A DNA stretch of 64,000 nucleotides, taken from the NCBI GenBank assembly GCA_038852285.1, contig JAWCKG010000001.1, positions 73,050 through 137,049 on the forward strand. The letters run 5' to 3'. Position numbers and translations under genes: made by a program. Under the pieces are notes generated by a model that made no database searches, was not told the DNA's origin, and was given only the letters and a program-made list of their open reading frames with translations. Origin of the DNA: Candidatus Bathyarchaeia archaeon. GTDB lineage: Archaea > Thermoproteota > Bathyarchaeia > 40CM-2-53-6 > DTGE01. Within the stretch, counting starts at the first letter, position 1. Each line of letters opens with the position of its first letter. Shown here one piece after another: positions 30,117 through 39,307 of the stretch.

Positions 30117-31766
30117 TTAATATTGGTTTTCGGTTAGCTTTTTCCCCATGTATGGGCCTGTTAACCTGTAGCCTAGCCTCCTGTAGTATGGTCTTACACC
30201 AACCCCACTGGTGACGAGGATCGTGCGGGCGTCGTAATCCATGTAGGCGATCTCCTCCGCCTTCCTCACCAAGGCGTTGCCGTAGCCTCTATGTTGACAG
30301 CTATCCTCAGACCTCTCCCCCAATGGTAAAGCGGTTCCCAGCACGTGGAGCTCCCGTATGAAGGCGGTTTCGCCGCATCTTACCTCAGGCCTCCAAGCCT
30401 CGGTTGAAGGCTTCCTCAACCTAAGGTAGGCCATCAACGTATCTGTGGATTGGTGGACAAGGGAGATGAAGGCCTCCTCCCCTCCGGAAGCCTCATATCT
30501 GACGGTGTCAAACTTAACATCGTTAAAGTCAATTCTCAAACCGTCTTTATGTATTCTATGCCCCATCTCCCGGCATCTGATGCATCGACAGGCGTAGCCT
30601 TTAGACTTCAATCTCTCTAACGCCAGCTCGCGAAGGTTACCTTTCTTCACGCCATCCACGATCATCCAAGCCGGAATGTCTCTCTGAACCCTCATCACCC
30701 GAATCCATGGAGGAATGAGCTTCTTCACCTCAACGATTAAGTTAATTGTCGTCTCAAGATCGTAGGGCTTGTATTCCCCCCTCCTCCACTGTTGGTATAG
30801 TTGGCTGTGCCTTAACACTAGGCATGGATATATTTTCAGCATGTCCGGGCGGAAGTCAGCGTTGAAAAGCAGTCGCTTAAAGGAGTCTAGATCCCTTTCA
30901 GGAGTCATTTGGGGTAGCCCGATCATCATGTGGGCTACAACCTTTAACCCCGCGTCTTTACATGTTTGAAACGCCTTCCTTACGTCGTCGACGGTGTGGC
31001 CTCGGGCCACAGCCTTGTACACGTCGTTGTAAAGGGCTTGAACGCCCAGCTCAACCCTTGTGACCCCAAGCTTCAGCATGAAGTCAACTTCTCTTCTGCC
31101 GCATCGATCAGGCCTCGTCTCAACGGTGATGCCTACATTCCTCACAGTTGAGTTTTCAGCAGTCTTCTTCGCCTCCTCTAAACTGGAGGAAGGCTTTCCT
31201 GTTAATGCGTCTAGGCATCTTCTGATAAACCATTCCTGATATTTATGTGAGAGCGCGGGGAAGGTACCGCCTTGAACGATGATCTCAACCTTGCTGGGCC
31301 TATGCCCGGCGTCTTTCAGCTGGCTCAACCGGCTGGAAACCTGGGTGTAAGGGTCGAATCGATGTTGAATACCCCTCATGGAGGATGGTTCATAACCCGT
31401 GTAGCTTTGAGGCACCCCTGGAAACGATGGACAGTATAGGCATCGCCCATGAGGACAGCTGTGAGGCTTAGACATGACCGCTATGACTTGAACACCGGAT
31501 AGGCTTCTAACCTTCTTAAGAGCAAGTTTGGGGGCTAACTTCTTCCTGAGTGTTTCGGGCGCTTGGCTTAACAACTCGGGGTTGGAGGGGATATGGTGAA
31601 GAGAATATTTCCTCGCCACTTCAAGCTTGATCTTATTTAGGGCTTCGTCAGAAGTCTCAGGCTCGGCGGCGAGTCTCCTCAAAGCCTCCGTTAACGCGTC
31701 GTCGAAAACTCGAAACGGCTGCGCTAACTCTTTTAATCTCGCTTCGGCCGCCGGCACCTGAAACAC
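30117..31766 (-). CDS. elp3: Elp3-family radical SAM / GNAT acetyltransferase (tRNA U34 cm5U synthase)
   Basis: Radical SAM cluster SCPHGRCLYCP and a C-terminal GNAT (HRGYGNALVRKAEEIA). 549 aa. Confidence 0.85.
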   Translation of the reverse strand: MFQVPAAEARLKELAQPFRVFDDALTEALRRLAAEPETSDEALNKIKLEVARKYSLHHIPSNPELLSQAPETLRKKLAPKLALKKVRSLSGVQVIAVMSKPHSCPHGRCLYCPSFPGVPQSYTGYEPSSMRGIQHRFDPYTQVSSRLSQLKDAGHRPSKVEIIVQGGTFPALSHKYQEWFIRRCLDALTGKPSSSLEEAKKTAENSTVRNVGITVETRPDRCGRREVDFMLKLGVTRVELGVQALYNDVYKAVARGHTVDDVRKAFQTCKDAGLKVVAHMMIGLPQMTPERDLDSFKRLLFNADFRPDMLKIYPCLVLRHSQLYQQWRRGEYKPYDLETTINLIVEVKKLIPPWIRVMRVQRDIPAWMIVDGVKKGNLRELALERLKSKGYACRCIRCREMGHRIHKDGLRIDFNDVKFDTVRYEASGGEEAFISLVHQSTDTLMAYLRLRKPSTEAWRPEVRCGETAFIRELHVLGTALPLGERSEDSCQHRGYGNALVRKAEEIAYMDYDARTILVTSGVGVRPYYRRLGYRLTGPYMGKKLTENQY

Positions 31767-32115
31767 CGCTTAAGTTAACCATCAAATTTACTGTTAAAAA
31801 AGATAACGTAAACGGTAAGAGTGAGCCAACAATCTCTATCGTCGTTCTTTAAGCTTTAAGCATATGGGGGGTGGACAGATTTAAACAAGACGCGAAATGT
31901 GGTTTTGTAGCTGTTTGCTTCTTCTAATTTAATCGTCCATTTATCGAATATATCGAACCCCGACATATACCCTTATAAATAAATTGACTGGATAAGAACT
32001 CAGAGGTTATCTTCTAAAAGAGATCCTCGCGCAAGGAAGAAGTGAGTTAAGTGAGAGAGAGAGAGAAAGAATAGGGGAAGGCGGCTTTAAGCCCACCCGC
32101 GCGCTCATTTCCATA

Positions 32116-32775
32116 ATGCTCATAACGCTCTTTGCCATAACCCTAAGCGCCCCAGCGTTCAGCCAAGACAACCTAGTCACCCCCCACTTCACCTTAGAGA
32201 GGAATGGAGTAGAAGTTGATGCTATAACCGTGAACGTTTGCACGCAGTTCACCATCGAGGTTTGGGTCCGCGGCATTCCCAATGGGTGGTTCCTGACTGA
32301 GGTGTATTTTTTGGGGACAGCTAACCCAGATCAAGTTGACTTGATAAACGTCGACAGGAGCGACGCGGAAGGACGCGGATGGAACGTGCAAATTGAAACA
32401 CCCACCGGCTACATAAAGTATGTGGCAACTTGCCCTCAAGCGCAGATAGGGTATACAGCGGATGCGGTGTGGTTAAAAGTTACTCTACATTGCAAAGCGA
32501 CAGGGACCTCTGAGATTAAACTGACGGAGGGAAGCCTTACTTTTCAAATCATAGGGAATGGAGAGAAAAAAATTATATTTCCACCTGAGGCCCTACCTGT
32601 GGTGACGTTAACTCAACGTGTTCCTCCTCCGCCCCCGTTCACAACACCAGTCGGCGGCGTCATTATCCCAGTGAGCAAGCTCGTAGTCCTATCGCCCTAC
32701 CTAGCCTTAGTCGGGTTGGCTTTAGCCTCTTCCACACTCTACGCCCGTAGAAAGAGACGTAAAAGTAAAGCTTAA
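32116..32775 (+). CDS. Secreted/cell-surface protein. It has a signal peptide, a beta-rich domain, a Pro/Thr linker and a C-terminal TM helix with a basic tail, i.e. an archaeosortase-type tripartite sorting signal.
   Basis: N-terminal MLITLFAITLSAPAFSQ. C-terminal PPPPPFTTPVGGVIIPVSKLVVLSPYLALVGLALASSTLYARRKRRKSKA. Confidence 0.55.
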   Translation: MLITLFAITLSAPAFSQDNLVTPHFTLERNGVEVDAITVNVCTQFTIEVWVRGIPNGWFLTEVYFLGTANPDQVDLINVDRSDAEGRGWNVQIETPTGYIKYVATCPQAQIGYTADAVWLKVTLHCKATGTSEIKLTEGSLTFQIIGNGEKKIIFPPEALPVVTLTQRVPPPPPFTTPVGGVIIPVSKLVVLSPYLALVGLALASSTLYARRKRRKSKA

Positions 32776-32789
32776 CCAAAACCCAACCA

Positions 32790-32815
32790 TTTTTTTATCT
32801 TTTATTTTTTAATTC
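32790..32815 (+). terminator. Oligo-T archaeal terminator candidate after the surface-protein gene
   Basis: TTTTTTT and TTTTATTTTTT runs sit 15-40 nt past the stop. Confidence 0.35.
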
Positions 32816-33112
32816 CCTACGTATATAGCCCGTGCTTTTGGCTCCGATCAAATCGGCTCAAAATTTGGGGGAAAGTCGCTCGGAAGGAGGAGGGCAACTT
32901 GGATGTGGAATTCCTCCAACTCGATGGATACTCAACCTAAAACGTCATTCATAAGCATCATTAACATCTGATTCGCTCTAATGTCTTCACGGGCCCACGC
33001 ATGGAAAACCCACACGATGTAAGGGGACGATCTCTCATTCTCAGGCCTTACTTACACTGGGAGGTGAATGAAAGGGAAAGCTATTTATTAACGCCTTACG
33101 ATTTTCAATTCG

Positions 33113-34177
33113 ATGCGTAGAACTGGGGTTGTAAGCCTTCCTCTACATGAGGGTAGGTGTCCAAGCTGGGTTTTTCCTAGGATGGTTCAGCTTTGCAGGG
33201 AAATCTCTAAAATCGTTTTACTCGAGTACCCAGTAGAGCAGTTTCTTAAAAGGCTGTCCAACCCATTCTTCTTTCAAGCTCTGGGCTGCGTGTTAGGCTT
33301 CGACTGGCATTCCTCAGGCTTGACAACCACGACCTGCGCCGCTTTGAAGGAGGCTTTAAACAGCGAAAACCTCGGGGTGAAGGTGGCTGGAGGCAAGGGC
33401 TCAGCCTCCAAGAAAACCCCTGAGGAGATTATGTCTCTGGCCACCTGCGACGTGGAACGGTTGGTGTACGCTTCCAGGCTTTCAGCTAAGGTGGATAACG
33501 CTCTGGTTCAAGACGGATATCAACTATACCATCACACCATCGTGTTTTCGGAGGATGGGTCCTGGACGGTTATTCAGCAGGGGTTGAATCCTGAAAACGG
33601 CTACGCCCGCCGATATCACTGGTTGTCAACCAGAGAAGTGAAGCTGGAAAGCTTTGTAGAGGAGCCGCATCAAGCGATATGCTGCGACAGGAGAGGTGAA
33701 ACGCTGGATTTAACGTCCAAGCGCTCCAGGGAAGCCCGTGAAGTCAGCCTCGACTTGGTGAAAGACGACCCTAAACACCTTGAAAAATATCTGACGGGCC
33801 AAACGAGCCTAGTTGACTTTCATCTTCCACGCAGCCACCTTATACCTCGAATGGGTGAAAGATGCTTAAAGACGCTGCGTAGGGTGTACGAGGCGCAGCC
33901 GAGAACCTACGAAGAATTGGTCAGCTTCAAAGGGGTTGGTCCTAAAACGGTTAGAGCCCTCGCCTTAATTTCAAAATTGATCTACGGAGCTGAGCTCTCA
34001 TGGGTGGATCCTGCTGAATACTCCTTCGCCCACGGGGGGAAGGATGGAGTACCATATCCCGTGAGCGTAGCGTTAATGGAAGAGTCAGCTCAAATGTTGA
34101 AGCAGGCCGTTGAAGAAGCCAGAATAGGGGTTAAAGACAAGTTGCACGCTTTAAGAAGGCTAAAAACACTAGTATGA
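33113..34177 (+). CDS. Conserved hypothetical protein with a C-terminal helix-hairpin-helix (FKGVGPKTVRALAL). Possibly DUF763-like.
   Basis: 354 aa intact ORF. The HhH GVGPKT motif is clear. The family assignment is from memory and weak. Confidence 0.45.
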   Translation: MRRTGVVSLPLHEGRCPSWVFPRMVQLCREISKIVLLEYPVEQFLKRLSNPFFFQALGCVLGFDWHSSGLTTTTCAALKEALNSENLGVKVAGGKGSASKKTPEEIMSLATCDVERLVYASRLSAKVDNALVQDGYQLYHHTIVFSEDGSWTVIQQGLNPENGYARRYHWLSTREVKLESFVEEPHQAICCDRRGETLDLTSKRSREAREVSLDLVKDDPKHLEKYLTGQTSLVDFHLPRSHLIPRMGERCLKTLRRVYEAQPRTYEELVSFKGVGPKTVRALALISKLIYGAELSWVDPAEYSFAHGGKDGVPYPVSVALMEESAQMLKQAVEEARIGVKDKLHALRRLKTLV

Positions 34178-34696
34178 ACTCTCCGTTTTCTTTCACTCGT
34201 CTTTATGTGGAGAAGGTTTTATTGAGCTTAGCTGATAATCCTCAAGCCTTTGACTCACTTTAAAGCAAAAGATAAAGCAACAAAGTTTCTGCTTCCTAGT
34301 CTGAAGACTATTTCTGAGTCAAGGTGTAGGTAATGTTTGAGTCGACTAGGAGATTTTTTAAGTATTCTTCAGCTTATCTGCCTGTTATCCAGTTTTGCCC
34401 AGGTTTCCGGTTGAGAAGGAATCTCTTTTTCGCGTTAAGCCTTCCCCTTACCTTTGGGATGGGTGAATGCCTCTCTCTAGCGTCTATCTTTGGCGTTTGA
34501 GACCTTACTTTACCGGCCTTCGTAATTGATCCATGCGTTGGCATTATGCTCACCTACTTAAGGGTGAAATATATTGGGTTAATAAGGGTTTTGAATTATC
34601 TAAGCTAGTTTAACGTATATGGATCGGTTAGATGCTTCGCCTAGAATGAGTTGGGAACGATTGTTAATCGTTTTAGTGATGAGGTAATTTGGTTGG

Positions 34697-35518
34697 TTAA
34701 TATTCAACTTTTATTCTTCTCCCTGAGGGACTGCGTTTAAACCTTCCTAACGTGTCGGCCATCCGCTTTAAATCCTCTAGGTTGAAGACTGGCCCGTCTT
34801 TGCACACCCTGTATCCCGCTAGCTCGCAGCTACCGCAGATTCCGACTCCACATTTCATCACTCTTTCTAAGCTGGCTTGGACTTTAATCCCCCGACTAGA
34901 GGCGAGCGCGATGGCCGAGGCGATCATAAGCTCTGGTCCACAGCACATCATCAACCCATATTCCTCCAACGGGATTTTTCTTAACACATTTTGAACGGTT
35001 CCCCGATCCCCTAAACTGCCGTCCTCGGTTACAGGGTAGACGACGCAACCAGCCTCCCTTAACTCCTCCACGAACAGAAGCTCCCCTTCCTCCTTAGCTC
35101 CCATCACCAGATGACATTCATAGCCTATACGCTTAGAGTCCAACGCTACCTTCAAGAGAGGAGCAATCCCGGTTCCACCGGCCACCAACAAGACCCTACG
35201 TTGACCGTTCAGCTTGAAAAAGGTTCCGTAGGGACCTCTAACCCCGATGAGGTCCCCTTCCTTTAAACGGTGTAAAGCGGCGGTGGCTTCACCCACCCTT
35301 TTCACCATGATCATCGGATCCGAGCTCTCAGGGTCCACCGACACGCTCATCGGAATTTCATCAAACCCAGGAACCCAGATCATGGAGAACTGGCCAGGCC
35401 GAGCAGCCGCGCATAGCTTATCTTTAAAAATAAGGGATTTAACGGTAGGCGACTCCTCCCTAACCTTCCTTATTTCCACCACCCTATGCCGATGCGCCTT
35501 ACAGCTCTTCATCAACAT
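34697..35518 (-). CDS. PyrK-like FAD/NAD-binding oxidoreductase with C-terminal [2Fe-2S] cluster (dihydroorotate dehydrogenase electron-transfer subunit / sulfide dehydrogenase family)
   Basis: RPGQFSMIWVPGFDEIP, GGTGIAPLL and CGVGICGSC...C. No pyrD is adjacent. Confidence 0.7.
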   Translation of the reverse strand: MLMKSCKAHRHRVVEIRKVREESPTVKSLIFKDKLCAAARPGQFSMIWVPGFDEIPMSVSVDPESSDPMIMVKRVGEATAALHRLKEGDLIGVRGPYGTFFKLNGQRRVLLVAGGTGIAPLLKVALDSKRIGYECHLVMGAKEEGELLFVEELREAGCVVYPVTEDGSLGDRGTVQNVLRKIPLEEYGLMMCCGPELMIASAIALASSRGIKVQASLERVMKCGVGICGSCELAGYRVCKDGPVFNLEDLKRMADTLGRFKRSPSGRRIKVEY

Positions 35519-36634
35519 AGCCTCAAGGCTTAAAGTTAGCAGGTTATATTTATCGTCTCACGTCGAGAGCGTCGGAAGATTAACCAACTCATCCCGAGGC
35601 CTTCAAGTAGGAGGTTAACCGAGGCTAAAGTCCATGCTTCCAGCCCTCTGTATGGCCTCCCCCAATACTGAATGTAGATGCTAAAGTAGCGACTAAGCCG
35701 TTTCTTGAATGACCGGCACCTGCGAAAACCATTATTGTTATGATAAGAGATACTAAAAGCGAGGACTGTAGAATATAGCCCATCTATTGTAATTTCTTTC
35801 GATTCTGATATATTTTCCCTACATCGAAGCGAGATTTCATAGGGATTTCGTAGAGGGGCAGGGTATAATGTTTTAGAAGTGTTTGTAGAGGAGTTTATTG
35901 GTTCGAGTGAAAGTGACAAAATTGCCTGAGTTTTATTCTCAACCTCACTTTCTTGCTCGTAGGACATGGAAAGGGCAGATATAAACGCGTAAAAACGCTA
36001 TTTATTGTTAATCAGTTCTCTGAGTCCCCAAACCTGAACCGAAAAGCCCTACTGCTCCAGAAGATCTCTTAACAATGTCTTCACCAAAACTTTTAGATGT
36101 TAAACCCTACCGTGTTGAGGACACGTTAGCGGCTTAGCTTATGAGGATGAGGACCTCTGCGCAGGTGTAGGATGCCTTAATGATGTGGGAAAATATACTT
36201 ACTACATTCTAGTTTGATTGATGCGGGACGTAAAACTGCTCAGCGAAATGGAGCCCCAGCCGCTCAAACTACATGTATTATAATGTCGAAGCTTACACAC
36301 AGCACAAATGGTCGTGACCAATTCTCTATTTTACTCATCTTACTTGAAACTTGAGAGGTAAGTGATTGGCTGATGGTGGTTGAGAGACCTTAGCGTTGGA
36401 ACAGTTGACCTATTGATCACCAACGCGTATAATGTTATGACTGACCATGGTGGCATGCCAAGTAGGAGCGGAGGATAAGGGTTGTGACCCGCGTAACTTG
36501 CTTAACATGAACGGGGGAAGCGTGGATCAATATTCATTAAGCGTCAAGAGATTTAAGGTGACATCTCAGCAAGGAAATTAGACGAACAGGCATCTGTTTC
36601 CTTTTTGAAAGCGGTAGGAAACCCCCAATTATTA

Positions 36635-36664
36635 TCACAATGTGTCACATTGTGTCACAATGTG
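36635..36664. repeat. Three tandem 10-bp units alternating in orientation (TCACAATGTG / TCACATTGTG / TCACAATGTG), forming overlapping 9-bp inverted repeats. Operator-like element.
   Basis: Read directly from the sequence. It lies in an ORF-free stretch of about 900 bp. Confidence 0.5.
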
Positions 36665-36885
36665 TTAAAGCCAGGGTGTTTTCGCCTGCGAGTCAAAAGG
36701 ATAAATCCCACCAAGGGAATTAAAGTTCTCTAAGAAGCCTTTACTTTTAAGGATCTGTTAAACATCCAATTCTCGCTATCCATACCTTTAGGTGTTTCTA
36801 ATTTTCTCTTTTATAGTGCAAGAACGTTATAGTTGATGGGGTTAAAAGAGCCGGCCTTGGAAGCGTTAGCGAAAGTTTTCTAACG

Positions 36886-37269
36886 CTAGTGCTCATAGGA
36901 GTAGTAGTATTCTCTTAGGCTTTGAATTAAACCGTTCCTCGTTTCCATCAAGGTGACACCGTCTAAACTAACCTTTTCGCCGGTGGCTTTGATCTTAACC
37001 TCGATCCTCCACTCTACAGCGGCCTTCTCGCCTTGAACACAGGTGAACAGCTTCTCCACTCGATACTCCTCAATCTTCCCATACTCTGAGGTTAAGAAGC
37101 TTTTTATGCTCTCCTTCCCGATGAAAGGCTTGAATCTAGGATCTTTGAAGACAGCGTCCTCGCTGAACAGCTTCATCGCCTCGTCCACATCCTTATGAGC
37201 ATATCCGGCTGCGTACTTGTCGAATAACTCGATCGGGTCTTTCAAATCGATCACCATACTTACATACAT
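36886..37269 (-). CDS. SnoaL/NTF2-like small protein (127 aa), hypothetical
   Basis: Length, the DAVF.DP motif and a secondary-structure pattern typical of the NTF2-like fold. Confidence 0.4.
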   Translation of the reverse strand: MYVSMVIDLKDPIELFDKYAAGYAHKDVDEAMKLFSEDAVFKDPRFKPFIGKESIKSFLTSEYGKIEEYRVEKLFTCVQGEKAAVEWRIEVKIKATGEKVSLDGVTLMETRNGLIQSLREYYYSYEH

Positions 37270-37364
37270 GTCAAGAAATATGGTATAAAGCGTTTTCAGA
37301 TGGATATAGACATGTTGGTTTTAACTTTGTGAGCTAAGTTTATGGGTTCAACGATTTTTGTAGG

Positions 37365-39125
37365 CTAAGATACTTGTTTGAGCTGTGTTTTGTAGATTTC
37401 AACCATTTCCTCCGTTGTGGTGGAGTCTTCCGGCGACTTGTCGAAACGGTAGTTTCCTGTGAACCTTGGAAACCTTAGGGCGAGGCCTGTGTCTTTTTTC
37501 ACGAGGCCCCAGGCGCATGTGTGGAGGGGTGACAAAGTGATTTCGTCGGCGGCCACCTCCATGACGAGGGTAGGTGAAAACCATACGTCAGGCTCCATGA
37601 GGGAGTTTACCCTTGGATGCCGCTCAGGCCTGACGTATTCTTTAAATCTTTCAGGCAAAGATTCGAGGTCTGCGTCGGTGAAGCCGCTTCCAAGCTTGCA
37701 CACGGTTTCGAACACATCCTTCTCCTTATCATAGGCGGCCATAAGCAGCGCTCCGTAGGAGCCGGCTCGTCTCCCCCTTCCCTTGAAGGCTCCCACTGGG
37801 ACTAAGTCGAAGGTATCAGCGATCTCCGCTTTATAGGATCGCTTATACTTGATCCATACCCATCCTCTGGCCCCGGCTTGGTAGACTGAGTCTGAGCCCA
37901 GCGACTTCGCCACTAAGCCCTCGCATCCCTCGGAAACCGCTTGATCCATGTATCGATCCAACTCCTCAGGGGTTTTGGCGATGATTTGATGCGAAACGTC
38001 GAGTTTATCGGACCTTTCGACCAGCGACTCTAAAGCGGCTCTCCTCTCCGGGTAAACCTTCAACGTGTAGTCTTCTCCTCCCTCGTAGAGAAGGTCGAAT
38101 AGGAATATTTTCACGGGAACCTCCTTCTCCATCACGTCTATCTCGTACTTTCGGCCTCTTCGCTGGGAAATCGCTTGGAATGGGAGCATTTCCCCCGTGT
38201 TGGGGTTGTAGGCCACGCACTCCCCTTCCAGGACGCATTCTTTCCGCTTCACGTGCTCGCTTAATATTTTAACCACGTCGGGGAACTGGCTGGTGATGTT
38301 TTCCAACCGTCTAGAGAATAGAAGGACCCTGTCTCCTGAGAGATGGGCTTGAATCCTCAACCCATCGTACTTGTACTCAGCGGCGCACTTCCCCCCAAGT
38401 TTCTCCAAGATTTCCTCGGCGCTCGACAATCTTTCAGCGAGCATCGGCCTGATGGGGTTTCCAACCCTGATCTTAAACCGGCTAACCCCATCCAACCCTT
38501 CTTCCAGGACTGTTCTGGCCACGAGTCCCAGGTCCGACGAGAGGTTGTACGCCCGCTCAATGAGAGGCCTCGCCTCCTTTCCTCCTCCGAACGCAACAGC
38601 CAAGGCGTCGAGAATGGTCATGTCGGCTATTCCCAGCCTCAGCTTCCCGAGGACCGTCCTCACAATGTACTTGGCTTCCTTGGGGCTGGCGTCGTTTAAC
38701 AGGCTGCATAAATGGCGGATTTTAACCTCCACAGCCCCACTGCCCGTCGCCTTAGCCATCTTCTCCAGGGCGTCGTAGACGATGTCGATGGTGAGGGGTC
38801 TCTGAAAAAGGGTTTGCTGAGTCTTCCTCTGCAAGATGCTCTCAGCGGCCTTTCCCAAGTCTCCCAACTCCTTATAAGTTTGCTCCACCTCCTCCTCAGG
38901 TTTACCGGAAACCGCGGATATGGCCTTGATGACCAGCTTCTCAGCCACCCCCACCTCAACGCCCATGAAATCAGGGTAAAGCTTCCCCTGAGTCAGGTAG
39001 ACGAGCTTGTCTATGGAGTCCGCGGACGCGCCCTTTAACAATTGAACAAGGTAATCCGTCATCTCCAGCCTCTTCGTCGTAGCCTCAATCGACTCATAGA
39101 CGTTAACCAAGTTAGAATAATTCAA
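37365..39125 (-). CDS. lig: ATP-dependent DNA ligase
   Basis: Adenylation motif EYKYDGLR, OB domain and N-terminal DNA-binding domain. 586 aa. Confidence 0.9.
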   Translation of the reverse strand: MNYSNLVNVYESIEATTKRLEMTDYLVQLLKGASADSIDKLVYLTQGKLYPDFMGVEVGVAEKLVIKAISAVSGKPEEEVEQTYKELGDLGKAAESILQRKTQQTLFQRPLTIDIVYDALEKMAKATGSGAVEVKIRHLCSLLNDASPKEAKYIVRTVLGKLRLGIADMTILDALAVAFGGGKEARPLIERAYNLSSDLGLVARTVLEEGLDGVSRFKIRVGNPIRPMLAERLSSAEEILEKLGGKCAAEYKYDGLRIQAHLSGDRVLLFSRRLENITSQFPDVVKILSEHVKRKECVLEGECVAYNPNTGEMLPFQAISQRRGRKYEIDVMEKEVPVKIFLFDLLYEGGEDYTLKVYPERRAALESLVERSDKLDVSHQIIAKTPEELDRYMDQAVSEGCEGLVAKSLGSDSVYQAGARGWVWIKYKRSYKAEIADTFDLVPVGAFKGRGRRAGSYGALLMAAYDKEKDVFETVCKLGSGFTDADLESLPERFKEYVRPERHPRVNSLMEPDVWFSPTLVMEVAADEITLSPLHTCAWGLVKKDTGLALRFPRFTGNYRFDKSPEDSTTTEEMVEIYKTQLKQVS

Positions 39126-39307
39126 ATGGCTGACCCCTCTCCTCTCAGCCCTGCTTAGCTTTAACCGTCAAAACACTGTTCTAAGGATCCAGTAGTTAAA
39201 TGTTGTTTCAACCACTCGGGATATAATTCTACGCCACCTAATTCATTTTCATCTCAGGGACCTCAACAGCAGGCGGCGCATGGGGTTGACGGGGCTTAAC
39301 CCCCCGT

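Noticed and set aside
35536-35967. Minus-strand 143-aa ORF upstream of the pyrK-like gene
   Set aside because: Low-complexity Ser/Asn-rich translation with no homology signal. It is probably non-coding or a decayed gene.
36635-36664. Possible CRISPR array
   Set aside because: There are only three 10-bp units with no spacers of CRISPR length, and no cas genes anywhere in the window.
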